From the NCBI RefSeq assembly GCF_001194135.2, contig NC_068985.1, positions 21,591,537-21,655,536 of the forward strand: a stretch of 64,000 nucleotides of DNA, written 5' to 3'. Position 1 is the first letter of the stretch. Each line of letters begins with the position of its first letter. The stretch comes from Octopus bimaculoides (taxonomy: Eukaryota). The position numbers and the translations under genes are program-made. The notes under the pieces were generated by a model. It worked only from the letters and a program-made list of their open reading frames with translations, was not told where the DNA came from and searched no databases. This document shows, piece after piece, positions 45,573 through 60,500 of the stretch.

Positions 45573-48500
45573 ATGGCTGCTAAAAAAAATAAGGTATGTT
45601 ATGTTGGTTTCCTCTTTTATTTAGAGACGAGATATTTTGAATATATCAATTTATTTATAAGCAGGTTAGAATTGCAATATAAAACCTGAAATCCAAGCAA
45701 ATAGACGGAATCCACATGTTTAAGAGTATTTATAGATGGGAGTGCATCTCTCACAAAGAAATCGCAGCAAAAATAACGATCGGTAAAGCTAGTTTTGAGA
45801 AAATTCAATTTACCTAATGGCAAATACATAACTATTTGTTATAATTAAAAATATCGGTTTTTTTTTTAACCTTAATAGTTTTCACTGCTTTATCTGATTG
45901 CTGTTTCATTGAAATAGAAAAGGCATATCAATTTTAAACATGATCCAGTTGATAAATAGGCCATTGTTGAAGTAAGAAATGTATGGTGGTACTACTTGAT
46001 CCACGAGTTTGAATTGATAAAGATGACATATAAACTTGAAGATTACCACATATAAATATATATGATCAAAGGAAATTAAACATAATGCTGCAGAGATTTA
46101 AGAAGTTAAATCTACTTCTACTTCATTATGCATTAGCTCTAAAGTATAACAACTTTATTTTAAAAAATGAGATACTTTTATTGTCCATCCGTAAATATTC
46201 ATTAAAAAACAATTTTATAGACTTTTTATCGTCGCGATTAGTTGGTTGAGAGTTTTTTTTTTTACTAGATCAAGCATTTTAGACTTAGAATTTACAATAT
46301 AATTTGTAATAATGATTAATCATTACATTATACTGATTAAACAAAAACAAGATCTCGATTCGGTAAATTTTCGCAATTATGGTGTCGCTTTGGTACGTTC
46401 CTTTTTTTCACCCATGCGGTGAATTTGGCTGTCGTGGTTCCTTGCGTGTCGGTCGGTAATGCCATTGGCTCGAGGGGTACCGAAATATAAGCCATTGGCT
46501 GCGATATCGTTTTGATTTGGCCGTGTTTCGATAAATGGTTACCGTGCAAATGATTCTGAATGCTGCAATGGATTTCCTGGTTTGTGTGCAAGCTGGTGTC
46601 AACCTGCAACAACACCCACTAACCAGTATTGTGAGTCTACGGTGAAGGCTAAGCTGCGCCATGAAAAGGGGTATGAGGTAATCATTATGCACTTTTCAAG
46701 TTATATACTGTTAAATTCTATGTTGTCTGTCATTGTACGTTGTTCGGTTATCTTAATTGCTTTGTCATGAATGAGAAATGATTTATTATTATGGTCAGAT
46801 TATTCGGTCAAACTAAAGGGTTTGACCCGGTGGGAAATAAAAAATTAAAATATTCTAATAGGTGTAAAACAACTTGCTGCGAGCGAATATGAAGAAGAAA
46901 AAAGCGCGCGCTCGCGAACAGGGGTGGGGGTGGGTAGAGGCCTCGGAACATTCGCATCCTGAATGTTCCGAGACGCCTCACCGGAGCCAAGAAACAAAAG
47001 AAAGATAGTGTAATAGATGTAAAGCAACTTGCTTTGAATGAATATGAAAAAAAAAAAAAAAAAAAATGCGCTCCCGCGAAAGGCGGGGTGGGTAGAGAAC
47101 TCGGAATATTCACATCGTCACACATCACACACTCAGACACACACATACATACATATTCGTTCCCAGCAAGTTGTTTTACACCCATTAGACTATTAAAAAA
47201 AAATTTTTGTCACCGGGTCAAACACTATAATTCAGAGGCCATATCATGACGATATGTGACGATGTGAATGTTCCGAGTCCTCTCCCCACCCCGCCTTTCG
47301 CGGGAGCGCATTTTTTTTTTTTTTTCTCACATTCGTTCAGAGCAAGTCGTTTTACATCAATTACACTATTTTTCTTTTGTTTCTTGGCTCTGGTGAGGCG
47401 ACTCGGAACATTCAGGATGGGAATGTTCCGAGGCCTGGTCAAACCCTTTAGTTTGCCCGATTAGGTCTTACCCCATTTTGTTCTGTGAGCAGAAACATTG
47501 TATAGAAAGGGTAAAAAATGTATGAATGTAGACAAGATTGTATTTTGTGTATACAATGTTTATGTCAATTTAGTAATTTTTAACGTAACATTAAAATCCA
47601 GTGCTTTTTGCAAAGAAACAGATTTGTTTGCCAACTTTTGATTAGTTTCTGGAGGTATCTGTCGTGACTGAACTTAAAACTAATCGTCTTGTTTTCTATC
47701 ATCTTAGAATTGATTTATATGTGAGCAATAAAGCGAAATACGATGTCAATCGGCCATGACATTGCAATTAAAATAACAAGAAACGTAAAAGAGATTAAAA
47801 TTTCAAAATGGTCCAGATGGACTATATGTAATCTTTTTTCAGAATCGGAATCTCCATAGCCTAAAACGTGGGATTCCGTAAAAAAAAATTAATAAATAAG
47901 GGGGGGAAGGTTCAGATTACATATAGTCCGTCTCTACCCCACGTTTTGTGGTTATGGCGGATCCGATTCTGAAAAAAGAAATTTCAAAAATCGCATTTTC
48001 AAAATTTCACCCCGCCCCCAATCATTTTTCACTTGTTCCGGAAATTTTTCTTTTGCGAAATAGGTAGAAAAATACAAAGATTATGATTCTGAAAAAAATT
48101 TTTGTATCTAAAATTTCAATTTTTCAACAATAACAAAAAAAAAAGATACCTATAGATTATATCATAGGCGCAGGAGTGGCTGTGTGCACCAGGTAAGTGG
48201 AAGCTAAAAACAAGGGAAAGAAAAAGCAAGGGATCTACCCTGGTGGTCGGATGCCTATCCTTCAGGAAAGCCATTACAAATTGCATCTGTAATGAGCAAA
48301 GCTTTAATCGAACATTGTAAATATAATCAAACTATTATTGTATATTTAAAATTGTAAATATTTAATCGATACAGCTACTTCACCCCTTTTATGTTTGTCT
48401 GTCCTTGTTCGTCCCCTCTTTGTAACGCCTTGGCAAATATTATGAAATAAAGTAGCTTGCTTACCAACCACATGGTCCTGGGTTCAGTCCTACTGCGTGA

Positions 48501-51500
48501 CACCTTGGGCAAGTGTCTTCTCGGGCCGACCAAAGCCTTGTGAGTGGATTTGGTAGACGGAAACTGGAAGAAGCCCGTCGTATATGTTTGTGTGTCTGTG
48601 TTTGTCCCCCCAACATCGCTTCACAACCGATGCTAGTGTGTTTACGTCCCCGTAACTTAGCGGTGAAATTAAAGTGTTTTTTAAATTATTTTTTTTTAAC
48701 TCTTTAAAAACTTTTTTTTTCAATTAATCTCCATGGGAAAATACGGAGATTAAGAATATGGAAGAAATAAACAAATTCAAATTTTAATTTCATGAAAAAC
48801 TACAACCCAAAATTCCTCTCTCCCCTCTATCCCGCTGTCTAAAAGTGAAAATTGACGGTTGTTTTGTTTATTTCACATGAATTAGTTTGTCATATTACTG
48901 CGGGAAATTACTCTGAAAGAAATCTTTTGCAGGGAGGTGAGTAGATTGATTACATTATGCTATCGTAGTTTTGTGAGATTTGGCTGTTATTTCTAGCATG
49001 TGGCTAGCCTGCTTGAAGGTCTGAAGGGTATATATATATATATTTTTTTTTAAATTTGAAATTTTACAAACAAATTTTTTTTCAGAATCGTAATCTTCGT
49101 ATTTTTCTACGTATTTCGCAAAAAAAAAAGAAGAGAAAAAGAAATCTGAAAAAGTGAAAACTGAAGTGGGGGTGAAATTTTGATAATGCAATTTTTGAAA
49201 TTTTTTTTTTTTTTTCAGAATCGGATCCTCTATAACCAAAAACGTGGGATTCCGTAAAAAAAATATCAATATTCATTTTATCNNNNNNNNNNNNNNNNNN
49301 NNNNNNNNNNNNNNNNNNNNNNNNNNNNNNNNNNNNNNNNNNNNNNNNNNNNNNNNNNNNNNNNNNNNNNNNNNNNNNNNNNNNNNNNNNNNNNNNNNNN
49401 NNNNNNNNNNNNNNNNNNNNNNNNNNNNNNNNNNNNNNNNNNNNNNNNNNNNNNNNNNNNNNNNNNNNNNNNNNNNNNNNNNNNNNNNNNNNNNNNNNNN
49501 NNNNNNNNNNNNNNNNNNNNNNNNNNNNNNNNNNNNNNNNNNNNNNNNNNNNNNNNNNNNNNNNNNNNNNNNNNNNNNNNNNNNNNNNNTTAACCCCAAT
49601 TTTTTTTTCATATTCGTATTCTAGCATACTGTTTTATTTTCTTTTGTTCACGGGCGAAGTTCTGTATATTGATCCTTTTTTCTCATAATTTTCATGAAAT
49701 TTTATACAAATACCTTTGAAACGGCATAGATTACGATTATAAAGAAATTTGTGGGGAAATTTTCCCGGTGGGGGGGGAAGGAATTTTGGATCAAAATAAG
49801 TTGGAACTACTCCGTTTTGTTGGGGATTTTTCCCATTTTTTTTAACACCACAGCCTTTGAAATATGGTGGGCATCTTTTTGGGCAAAAACTTTTGAATCC
49901 CCCCCTCCCCCCATTCCTCACCATCCCACTCTGGACCGATTTTGGCCAATTTTTTAAACTTAAAAACTATGAGAGGAGCGTTTTTGGAAAAAAATAAATA
50001 AATAAAATGTATTTTCAGAGAAAGGGTGTACGATTCAAAGGAGATTTGGCTGTTGTTTCTAGCACATCCCACTCTCACATGTATTGATGCTTTTTCAATA
50101 TTTTTCTCCCATTAAAATATATTTTATGGAATGATGATGCCAAATTAATATATGCGTGGTCCATTGATTGGTTGAATATAAGCAACAAAAATTATAATTT
50201 GAATTTTCACCCCACCTCAATCAAGCGAAGTCGTGTGTGTGTGTGTGTGTGTGTAAAAAAAAAACATTTTTCTAACAGTAAAGTATGCTATTACAAGAAA
50301 TAACCTTTTACATACCTCTTTTTTTAAATCACTGGATAAATGCCAGTAATGACCTTCTCAAGCTCTAACAGAAACAATCGGGGGCGGGGACTGAGGTTGC
50401 AAAAAAATCGTGATTTTTCAAATTTTTTTTTATAGCATATAAATGTATTTATTGGGGAGAAAAAATATTGAAAAACATCAATACATTCGAGAGTGAGAAA
50501 GAAACGAGGAGGGTTGTCTTGGGATGTGCTAGAAACACCTGCCAAATCACCCTTAAATTACTCACCTTTTCCTCAGAAAATATTAACAATTAAAAAATTT
50601 TTTTTTTACTGAAAAGGCCATGGTTTTGAAGAGCAAAAAAAAATTGACCAAAATCGGTCTGGAGTGGGGGGTGTACAAAAAATTTTCAAANNNNNNNNNN
50701 NNNNNNNNNNNNNNNNNNNNNNNNNNNNNNNNNNNNNNNNNNNNNNNNNNNNNNNNNNNNNNNNNNNNNNNNNNNNNNNNNNNNNNNNNNNNNNNNNNNN
50801 NNNNNNNNNNNNNNNNNNNNNNNNNNNNNNNNNNNNNNNNNNNNNNNNNNNNNNNNNNNNNNNNNNNNNNNNNNNNNNNNNNNNNNNNNNNNNNNNNNNN
50901 NNNNNNNNNNNNNNNNNNNNNNNNNNNNNNNNNNNNNNNNNNNNNNNNNNNNNNNNNNNNNNNNNNNNNNNNNNNNNNNNNNNNNNNNNNNNNNNNNNNN
51001 NNNNNNNNNNNNNNNNNNNNNNNNNNNNNNNNNNNNNNNNNNNNNNNNNNNNNNNNNNNNNNNNNNNNNNNNNNNNNNNNNNNNNNNNNNNNNNNNNNNN
51101 NNNNNNNNNNNNNNNNNNNNNNNNNNNNNNNNNNNNNNNNNNNNNNNNNNNNNNNNNNNNNNNNNNNNNNNNNNNNNNNNNNNNNNNNNNNNNNNNNNNN
51201 NNNNNNNNNNNNNNNNNNNNNNNNNNNNNNNNNNNNNNNNNNNNNNNGTGAGATAACCAAAAAGTACCTGAAGTAGTTCCAACTTATTTAGTCTTCCTGA
51301 TCCGAAACTCTTCCCCCTCCCATAAAAAATTTCCCCCACAAATTTCTTTATAGTTTCAATCTATGCCGTTTCAAAGGTATTTGTATAAAATTTTACTAAA
51401 AGATATCCATTTTCCTGAATGTTGTGAGGGAAAAAAGTCAGATTGTGTGAATTTTTCCGAAACTCCTCTCCCCACCCTCTCGGAAAATTCTTTTTCCATA

Positions 51501-54500
51501 AATCTCTATATACTCTGAATCCGCAGCATCTAAGCAGTATTCGTTAAAAATTTCATTAGAAAGTATCTAGTTTTCTGGAAGTTATGAGGCAACAAAGTCA
51601 GCGGGGTACACATCTGTAGTTATGCCATTGCTATAAAATGTTTGTTTCATTTTCAAAATAGTTCACAAAATTCAAGCATCTAACAGAATTTTGATGCAAC
51701 TGTTTTCAAATTGTGAACCATTGTTTGCCCCGTCAATAATTTGTAATTTATGATTTGAATGTATTTATATTTTTGCACATGTTTCTTATAATTTAACTGT
51801 ATCAATGATCATTTATTCTTGTATACTGAGAATTTTTGTTTCCAATGCTGATGAATTTCATGTATACAGTAAGGTCCTCCCAGTCTGAGCTTTGTGCAGA
51901 TTATGGTGTCATTTATGTTAATATTATATGAAAGATACACTTCTTTGCATTCTTTTTAAAGTAATAAATCATAAACCCCCTCTGATTTTATGGCATTGTA
52001 AAGTTTAAGAGCAAAACATGTTTGTTTTCATAAGAAATCAAACATCACTAACTTGGAAGACAATTCTTTTTAGCGAAAAGTTTGAAAAAGTTTAATAATA
52101 ATAATAATAATAATAAACCTATTATTAGACAACTTCTCTGAAAGTGAACCAAAGAGTCTTGATGTGTTAATATAAAATTAAGAACCAGCAGAAAAGATGA
52201 AATTTTGTACAGAAAAATACCTGTTTGTGTTGATAGTTGTTTCAATTAGTATTTTTATTATTTGTACTAGACTCCAAAAAAGTCAGTAAAACCTGTCAAA
52301 CCTGTAGAACCTGAAGAATCTTCAGAGGATTCCTCCTCAGAATCAGAAGAAATGGAAGTGGTAAGTTATTTTATTACTCTTTTCATTTTGCTTTATTTGT
52401 ATCAAAAGTCTAGCAGACCTCAATTATGAATAAAGTAGCATGGTACCTGTAAAATTGATGATCTTTGAGTTTGGAACATGTAAGAAAATTTTTTGGATAG
52501 TGTGTATATATAGTAGAAAAGATTATTATGGTGGTGAGGTAGCAGAATCGTTAGTACTCCAGGCAAAATGTTTAGCAGTATTTCATCTGTCTTTACATTC
52601 TGAGTTCAAATTCTTCTGAAATTGACTTTACCTTTCATCCTTTCAGGGTTCATAAAATAAATACCGCATGAACATTAGGGTTGATGTAATTGACTTAACT
52701 CCTCCTCTGAAATTGCTATCTTTGTGCCAAAATTTGAAACCATTATTGTTTTATATATATATATAAAATGTGCATTTCTGAATTAGCCCAAGGGCTGACG
52801 ATATACTCAGTTGAGTTCAATTAACTGTATACATAACCTGAATATCCTTCTGCCAGTACTTCTGTACGAATGTTGGTATTTGTCTATAATAGTTGTGCAT
52901 GCATTTTAATTCAGACCTAACCTGGTGCTTTACCTTTAAGTGCCTTATTCATCTGACTCTTAATACACACACACACAAACACAAATATGCATATATATCT
53001 TACAGACTCATATACAGAGATGTATTCAATGAGTTGAGGCAGCAAATTGCCTTGCAGTCTCTTCAATACTCTAATGTATTTATTTTGTCTTCTGTGCATT
53101 CATCATCATCATCATTTAACGTCCATTTTCCATGCTGGCATGGGTTGGACGGTTTGACTAGGGTCTGGGAAGCCAGGAGGCTGCACCAGGCACCAATCTG
53201 ATCTGGCAGTGTTTCTACAGCTTGATGCCCTTCCTAACGCCAACCACTCCAAGAGTGTAGTGGGTGCTTTTTACGTGCCACCAGCACAGAGACCAGAGGA
53301 GCTGGCATCGATCATGATCGGATGTGCTTTTTACGTGCCACTGGCACAGAAGCCAGTCAAAGTGGCGCAGGCATTGGCCACGTTCGGATGGTGCTTTTTA
53401 CATGCTACCGGCAAAGGGGTCACAACTACAATTTTCACTTGATTTGATTTTGATGTTGATGTACTTGACTCAGTAGGTCTCCTCATGCATAGCATGTCAC
53501 TCTACGATCCAAGGTACTTTTGAGTGAGCTGGTTATGCAACACTGGTGTGGGTTACAGCTGTGAACTCACTTTATTTGCCAGGTCTTCTCAGTCACAGCA
53601 TATCTCCAGAGGTCTCTGTCTTTCGTCATTGCCTCTGTGAAGCCCAATATTCGAAGGTGATGCTTACATTCCTGTGACTTAGCAGTTTGGCAAAAGAGAC
53701 CAATAGAATAAGTACTAGCCTTACAAAAAAATAAGTTCTGGGTTTGATTTGTTCAACTAAAGGCAATAATCCAGCTTGGCCGCAGTCAAATGACTGAAAC
53801 AAATAAAAAAGAATAAGTGAAAAAAGAATATCTGCTTTGGAAATGTTTTATTTTACTTATGTTTAACCTGCAGCTGCAAGTTGCATGTCAAAAGCAGTTG
53901 TAGAAAATATGAAATTTTACCTTGTGAATTTGCAGTTTACAGTAGTGATGCTTCAAATAAAAAATTTTCAAATATGCTTAAGAAAAAAAATATTGCTTAT
54001 TTTTAGGAAGCTCCTGTTATGAAAACTAAGAAGCTGACAAAAAGCAAAGAAACACTTGGTAAGGCTTGACGAGTATTATCCAAATATAATAATGATTTTT
54101 TATTTGTTGTTACTCTAAGGAAGTAGTGTGAAAGTGAAAAGCTGTCAAAGGATTGAGAGTGACTGAGGGTAGAAGTGAAATGAAAACGAGTGGAAAGATG
54201 AGTTGTTTCTCTGTTACATTTGACTGGATTATTAAATGGGAAAAGTTAGCAAGAGAATTTAGGTGAGAATGGGTTAGAGTAATAAATGTAACAAAGGATT
54301 AGTGAGTATCTGTCACAGTTGGAGTTTCATTGACATGGCTTGAATGAATATGTGTATATCAAAAGTTTTAGTCTTTTAGAATTTAAACTGGCCACATTTG
54401 CCTCAAATATTCTACCCATTTTATGTTCAAACCAGCCAAATCTGGCCTTTCATTCCTGTCTTACAATGTCATTCTAAAAATAAACAATCATATCATTGGG

Positions 54501-57500
54501 TTCTTGAAGCAGGATTAATTCGAAATAATGTGAATAAAACAAACATTAGATTTGACAATAATTTGAATGTTAAAGGGTTAACACCCACTTTTCTATCCTT
54601 GCCTGAGGTAGATGAAATTCAATGCAGACATTCTACAGCTGAATGCACATCCTGTTGCTAACACTTGCCTGCTTTCAGCAAGGAGTGTCTATAGGGGTGA
54701 AATTCGAGATTTTATTGGGGTTTTCCCATAGGTTTTTCAAATAATCTGGATTTGCTGATTTTTTTATTTGTGAAATGTGTTCTGCTTACAGTCGTTTATA
54801 GTCTTGTGATTTGTGAGTGATATAAGGAGTCCAAGGCGGAATATTTTACTCTATATTGGATTTGATGTACACATAGAAGAAACTTGAATTTTTCTGCCTT
54901 GAATAGATTATACTGCTTTATTCTTTCGATAACAACTTACTTTTGTTTTGCATGTAGCTAAGAAGAAGGCAGAATCTAGTGACAGTGAGGAGGAAGAAGA
55001 AGAAGAAGAAGAAAGCAGTGAGGATGAAGAAAGTGACAGTGATGAAGAGGAGGAGGAGGAAGATGAAGAAGATGATGAAGATGAAGATGATGATGAAGAA
55101 GAAGAAAAGGGAAAGGTGAAAAAACCTGTAGCAGCTGCTGAATCTAGTGACTCTGATGAAGAGGATTTTAGTGAAGAAGAAACTAGTGAAGGTATACAGC
55201 CTTTTTAGTCAATTAATAATTGATAACAAATTAAGATCTGTCTTGGAAAATAATTTCACTAGCAAGTGTTTTTCTTTTATTAAACTAAAACATAACATCT
55301 TTGCTTTAAAATTTAGATGATACTCCTAAATCAAAGGCCATTGGAAAATCAAATGCTAAACAGAAAGATGGTGAATATTTTCAATTTGTTTTTAATATTC
55401 TGCTAATCTGTGGTTTCTTCTAGTATTTTTAATCTATTCAGTTTTTCTTTGCTAAATAACTGGTATAACATTCAGAATGTTTGATACATTATCTTGGTTT
55501 CTTATTACATTTTTAGATCACTTGATTTCATTTCATATATTTAGCTGTAAATCATTGCATATGATTCTTATATGAAGTTTCCTTTATTTATGGTTTAATT
55601 TCTCTATTTATGAATATTTAATAATGTTTCATAACTGCTACATAGACTGTTGTTTCTATTTATTAACTAGTTACAAATAGAATCTTAATGATGTTAGATA
55701 TACTGGTAAGATCTTTTCAATTTTTGTCTACAACAGGGTCAAAAGAGGCCAAGAAGCGTAAAAAGGAAATGGCTGATGGTAAAAATGCCAAAAAAGCTAA
55801 AGTTGATGGTAAGGAAATTTGAATTTTGAAAGTTTAATGCATACATGTTCAAACCAACTAGTGAATATGTATGTATTGACTATTTTGTATATAAATAAGT
55901 ATCACTATGAGTTTTTGAAAAATTTTAATCCAACTTCTATTATACTTATTCTTGGAGAGAATCCAAAAAGAAACATTTTGATACCTCATTTGTGAAATTT
56001 AGATGAATATTTTATGAAATACGACAATTTGAATGGTCAGCAAATTAGTCAAAACCTTGCTTAATTAGGTTTAAATTAATAATTAGCCATATTTGTGAGG
56101 TCATGTCTTTGAAACTGAGGTGATAATCATCTTCAAATTACACAGATTAAAAGTGTTCGTGGGATAGAAGTTGCCTACTTTTTGGGGGTGCAATTTTAAA
56201 AATATTTATGTAAAGTCTATTTTGTTGCATGTAACAAACAGTCGATTTCACAGTGTTTTTGGACCTAACTAAATCCAAAAGTACAAGCCATGGGGATTTG
56301 AATTTTAGGACATGATACCATTCCAATAAAATTTTAATGGCCTATTAAAATTGGCTACAGACAGTTGAGTTTCATATCAGGATCCCATACAAATCAGATT
56401 GTCTCCATTTTGACAGGGATTTTTCCGATTTTTTATATATTTTACCACAGCCTTGGAAATGATGTGGGGAAGCTTTTTATGAAAAAAAATTTTGGAAAGT
56501 TTGTGATTTTTTTCTTCCCCCTACCCTTCATTACCTGGATTTTGATTTTTTTTTTTTTTTGCACTATGAACTTGAAAAGGATGGAAGGTGCCTTTTCAGT
56601 AGAAAAAAAAAATGTTTTTGAAAATATTTTCAAACAAAAAAACGTGATTTAAGGGAGAATTAGCTGTTGCTTCTAACACATCCCACAGCCACCTGGTACC
56701 TTCCTCGTTTCTTTGTCACTCTGACATATATTGATGTTTTTCAATAGTTTTTCTCTCCATAAACACATTTTATTGATTGATGATATGAAAGAACGCAAGA
56801 GTTTTTTTAACCAAGGGTAGTTAGTTCATTGTGAGATTTAAGCAATCAAAAAAAAAAAGAAATTTGTAATCTCCTTTAACACACACACCTTTACACCTAG
56901 CATTTTTTTCTTAATAGATTTGTTTTTTCTTACATATACATATGAATGGCTAGTCAGACTGGTGTTTGACAAGTAGCATCAGTATGCATTAATCCTATAT
57001 GGGCAGCCATGGTAGTCCCCTTTGTATTGACTTTGTGTTTTTGCACCATTTCATAGTCAGATTCACCAATGGCTGTATTGAATTCATGAGAAATTTTTCT
57101 TTCTTATGACATAAAAGTCTTGAAGAAAATAAGTTCTTTTCTAACAGTAAAATTTTCATTTTTATATTTTATAATGATTATCTGACCTACCTCCAGCAAT
57201 TTTTTCATTAAGATAAAGCAAAAAAAAAGTCTCCTTCATGAGTGTATCATTTTCAACATAAATCAAGTTATAGTGCTCAAACACATTGAACTAGAACAAG
57301 GTCTACCATTCAGCAGTCAGAAACAAAAAGTGGGACAAACATTTTGAATGGGTGGAAATATGATTGTGATTGAGAGGACCTGGCATGATATGGAAGTGTC
57401 AGATTTTGATGAAAAGTATACGAGAAGAAAGTTCACGTCCAGAACTTTCTTTCAAATGGTATAAAACTGTCAACAGGAAAAAAATGTATTTTGACATCAG

Positions 57501-60500
57501 GCAAAAAGCGTGTTTTTGCGTAGTCAAACTGTGCTTGTCTCCTTTCTACAGAGCTCTAGAGTGATACCTAATATAAGCTCTTTTTGAATTTTTTTTATTC
57601 ATAGAAATTGTAATAAAATATGAGTTGATATTGGTTATTGTTCATTATTTACTGCTGACTATATCATTGGTTATTGTTCATTATTTACTGCTGACTATAT
57701 CATTGGTTATTAAAGTAAGCTAATATTGAGTCTTTATTTTTTAATCTTCCTTTTCAGAACCTGTTACTGTTCTGTGCAGAAATGTTCCCCAGGAAGTGAC
57801 CATTGAGAAGCTTGAGAAATTTCTTAAGAAGAAGGGAATTGCATTTACATCTGTTCGCAAGCGTAATGACAGAATGTGTGTATTACAATAGTTTATTAGC
57901 CATTTTACATTTCGTATCCTCTTCTCTACTTTATCCTCATTCATTTTTATTGCTTTCTGTTATAGGTTTGCCCACATTGACTTAGCTAATCCTGATGATC
58001 TTGATACAGTTTTAGCAACGAAAGATCTTGAATATAAAGGGTCCACATTGGCATTTGAAAAAGGTAGACCCTTAGGGGCATCAAAGCCAGAAAGGACTAA
58101 GGGTATGTTGATTTGATTTCCTGAATTTTTTTTTTTTTTTTTTTGCACAAGATGTCCTGTTGCGTTGATTCACCGAACACTGCAAATTTCAGTTGAAGTT
58201 GATGAACTTTCTTTTTCTCTTCCCTTTCTGCAGAGGACGATTCAAAATCCCTGTTTGTGAAGAATTTGTCCTTTGATGATTCAGAAGATAGTATCAGGAG
58301 CAATCTGTCGGAGATATTCCCTGGTGCACAAAATGTTAGACTTCCATTCAGGGGAAATACACATAGAGGGTAAGCTTTATTGAACTGCATATCAATTAGA
58401 GAATCATTTGTTTGGATGTTCTTGTTTTGTCATATTAGATAAAGGTGTTTTCAGAAATATTGTAAAAAGCAACTAGACTTTTAATAGTTCATATAAGAAA
58501 GGGCTTGTCAAAAATTTTAGAAACGAGAGGGTTCCCATGCGCAAGGCTTAACTCAAACTATTGATAATATTGGTAAAAACTACTGTGTATGTTTTTGTCT
58601 TATTATTATTTTTTTTTTTTTTTACACCTAGGTTTGCCTACATTGAGTTTAGTAGTGCTGAAGAAGTAAAGGATGCTGTTGAAAATAAACAAGGGGTTGC
58701 GTGTGGGGACCAAAAATTGTTCTTGGATTACGCAAGTGGTTCTTCAAAAAAAAGAAGAGGTGGCTTTAGAGATGGTAAATTTTTCTTTTTTCTTTTTTTT
58801 TTTCTTTTTATGTATTTGTATTTGTTAGAGATTCGGATCGAAAATAACTCAAGTTAGTGTTTGCATTAATATCCTATCATCATCAACATCATCATATGTC
58901 TTTTTTCCAAGCTGGCATGGGTTCAACAGTTTAATTGGAGCTGGTAAGCCAGAGAGCCCCACCAGGCTCCAGTTGTCTGTTTTGGGTTGGTTTCTATGGC
59001 TGGATGTCTTTCCTAATGCCAACCACTTCACAGAGTGTACTGGGTGCCTTTTACATGTTACCAGCATGGGTAACTTGCAAGATAAAGGCATCTTGGTTGA
59101 GAGAGGGAGTGAATCAAGGGGAGTAGTTGTATGCCAGACAGGAGGTTGGAGTATGATAGGAGGACAGAGATAGTCATCTTACTAAGAGGGATTATTTGGC
59201 TATCCTAGTAGGAGAAGGGAGTTGGGGGAAAGAAATAGATGGTGTGGGGATGTATTGGAGTCTATCCACAGGGGAAAGTGGAGGGGGTATAAGTTGTGCA
59301 GAGGGGATAGAGAGGGATGTTCCATGTGAGTGTGAGGGTATGTGTTTGGGGATGAGGAAGACATGACTGTAGTAAGTTATAATGAGGGAAATTGAAGTGG
59401 TTGGGAAAGAGGTAGGGAAGATATGTGAGGGCATGGGGAGACACATGAGAGAGTGGAGGAGCCTGCAGCATGAGGGAGAGTAGAGGGGAGGAATCTGGTG
59501 GCAGTTTGACAGGAGTCAGGTATTGTGTGTGTTGGGTGGGGGGATATGGCTGAAAAAGACATGCATGGATATATGGATAACCACAATCTCAAGCAGGCAA
59601 ATTGCCAGAAGTCTCAGACTTTTGTCATCTCTAAGAGGCTCAACAACCAACGATCATATTTCACCACCTCGCTTCACATCTTGGGTTCCTTGCACAGGTT
59701 CCTTTCACAGTTAGGGATCAGTACTTCTTTATGCAGCTGTTCTCATCCATACCAGCACATTCTTCTGTCTTGTACACTACGTCTGATGCCTCTCATAGCC
59801 ACTACACACACACCCTTGATTTTTTTATATTTTAGATCAACCTGAAGAATCCAGTGTGCTGTTAGTTAGAAATCTATCCTATGATTCAACAGAGGATTCT
59901 TTGCGATCATGTTTCAAAGATGCTACTGATGTACGAATACCAATATTTTCAGATACTGGAAAGCCAAAAGGGTATGTAAAAATAACTGCATTGCTTAGGA
60001 TGTTTTTAATTTCTGGCTGATCATTTGTATATTTTCCTTTTTAACATCAGTTATGTTGATTGCTCTTGAAAATGACATTTATTTATTTTGTTTAGAATTG
60101 CTTTTGTGGAATTTGAATCTACATCAAAAGCTAAAAATGCTTTAAACAAACATGATGACACTAACATTGATGGCAGAAATGTTCGATGTTACTTTGCTAG
60201 AAGCAGAGGTGAAGGTGATGGAAGAAGTGGAGGTACAGTAACTTTTGATTTACCTCATTTTGTTAGAGTAGATTGTGACATCTGATACAATCTGATTGTA
60301 TAGGGTGTTGGTCTGAAATGTTTTAAATATTGGTATATTTTGTTTAATTGTGTTCTTTCTTCAGCTTTTATGCAGTAAACATGTTAAAATTATATTCAGA
60401 TAATTGAACTTCTAATATCTTTGTGTCTCTAAACATAGACATTGAGCTCATCACTACAGGCAGGTGTCAATAGACAGTTCTTTTTTTCAGGACCAACAAA

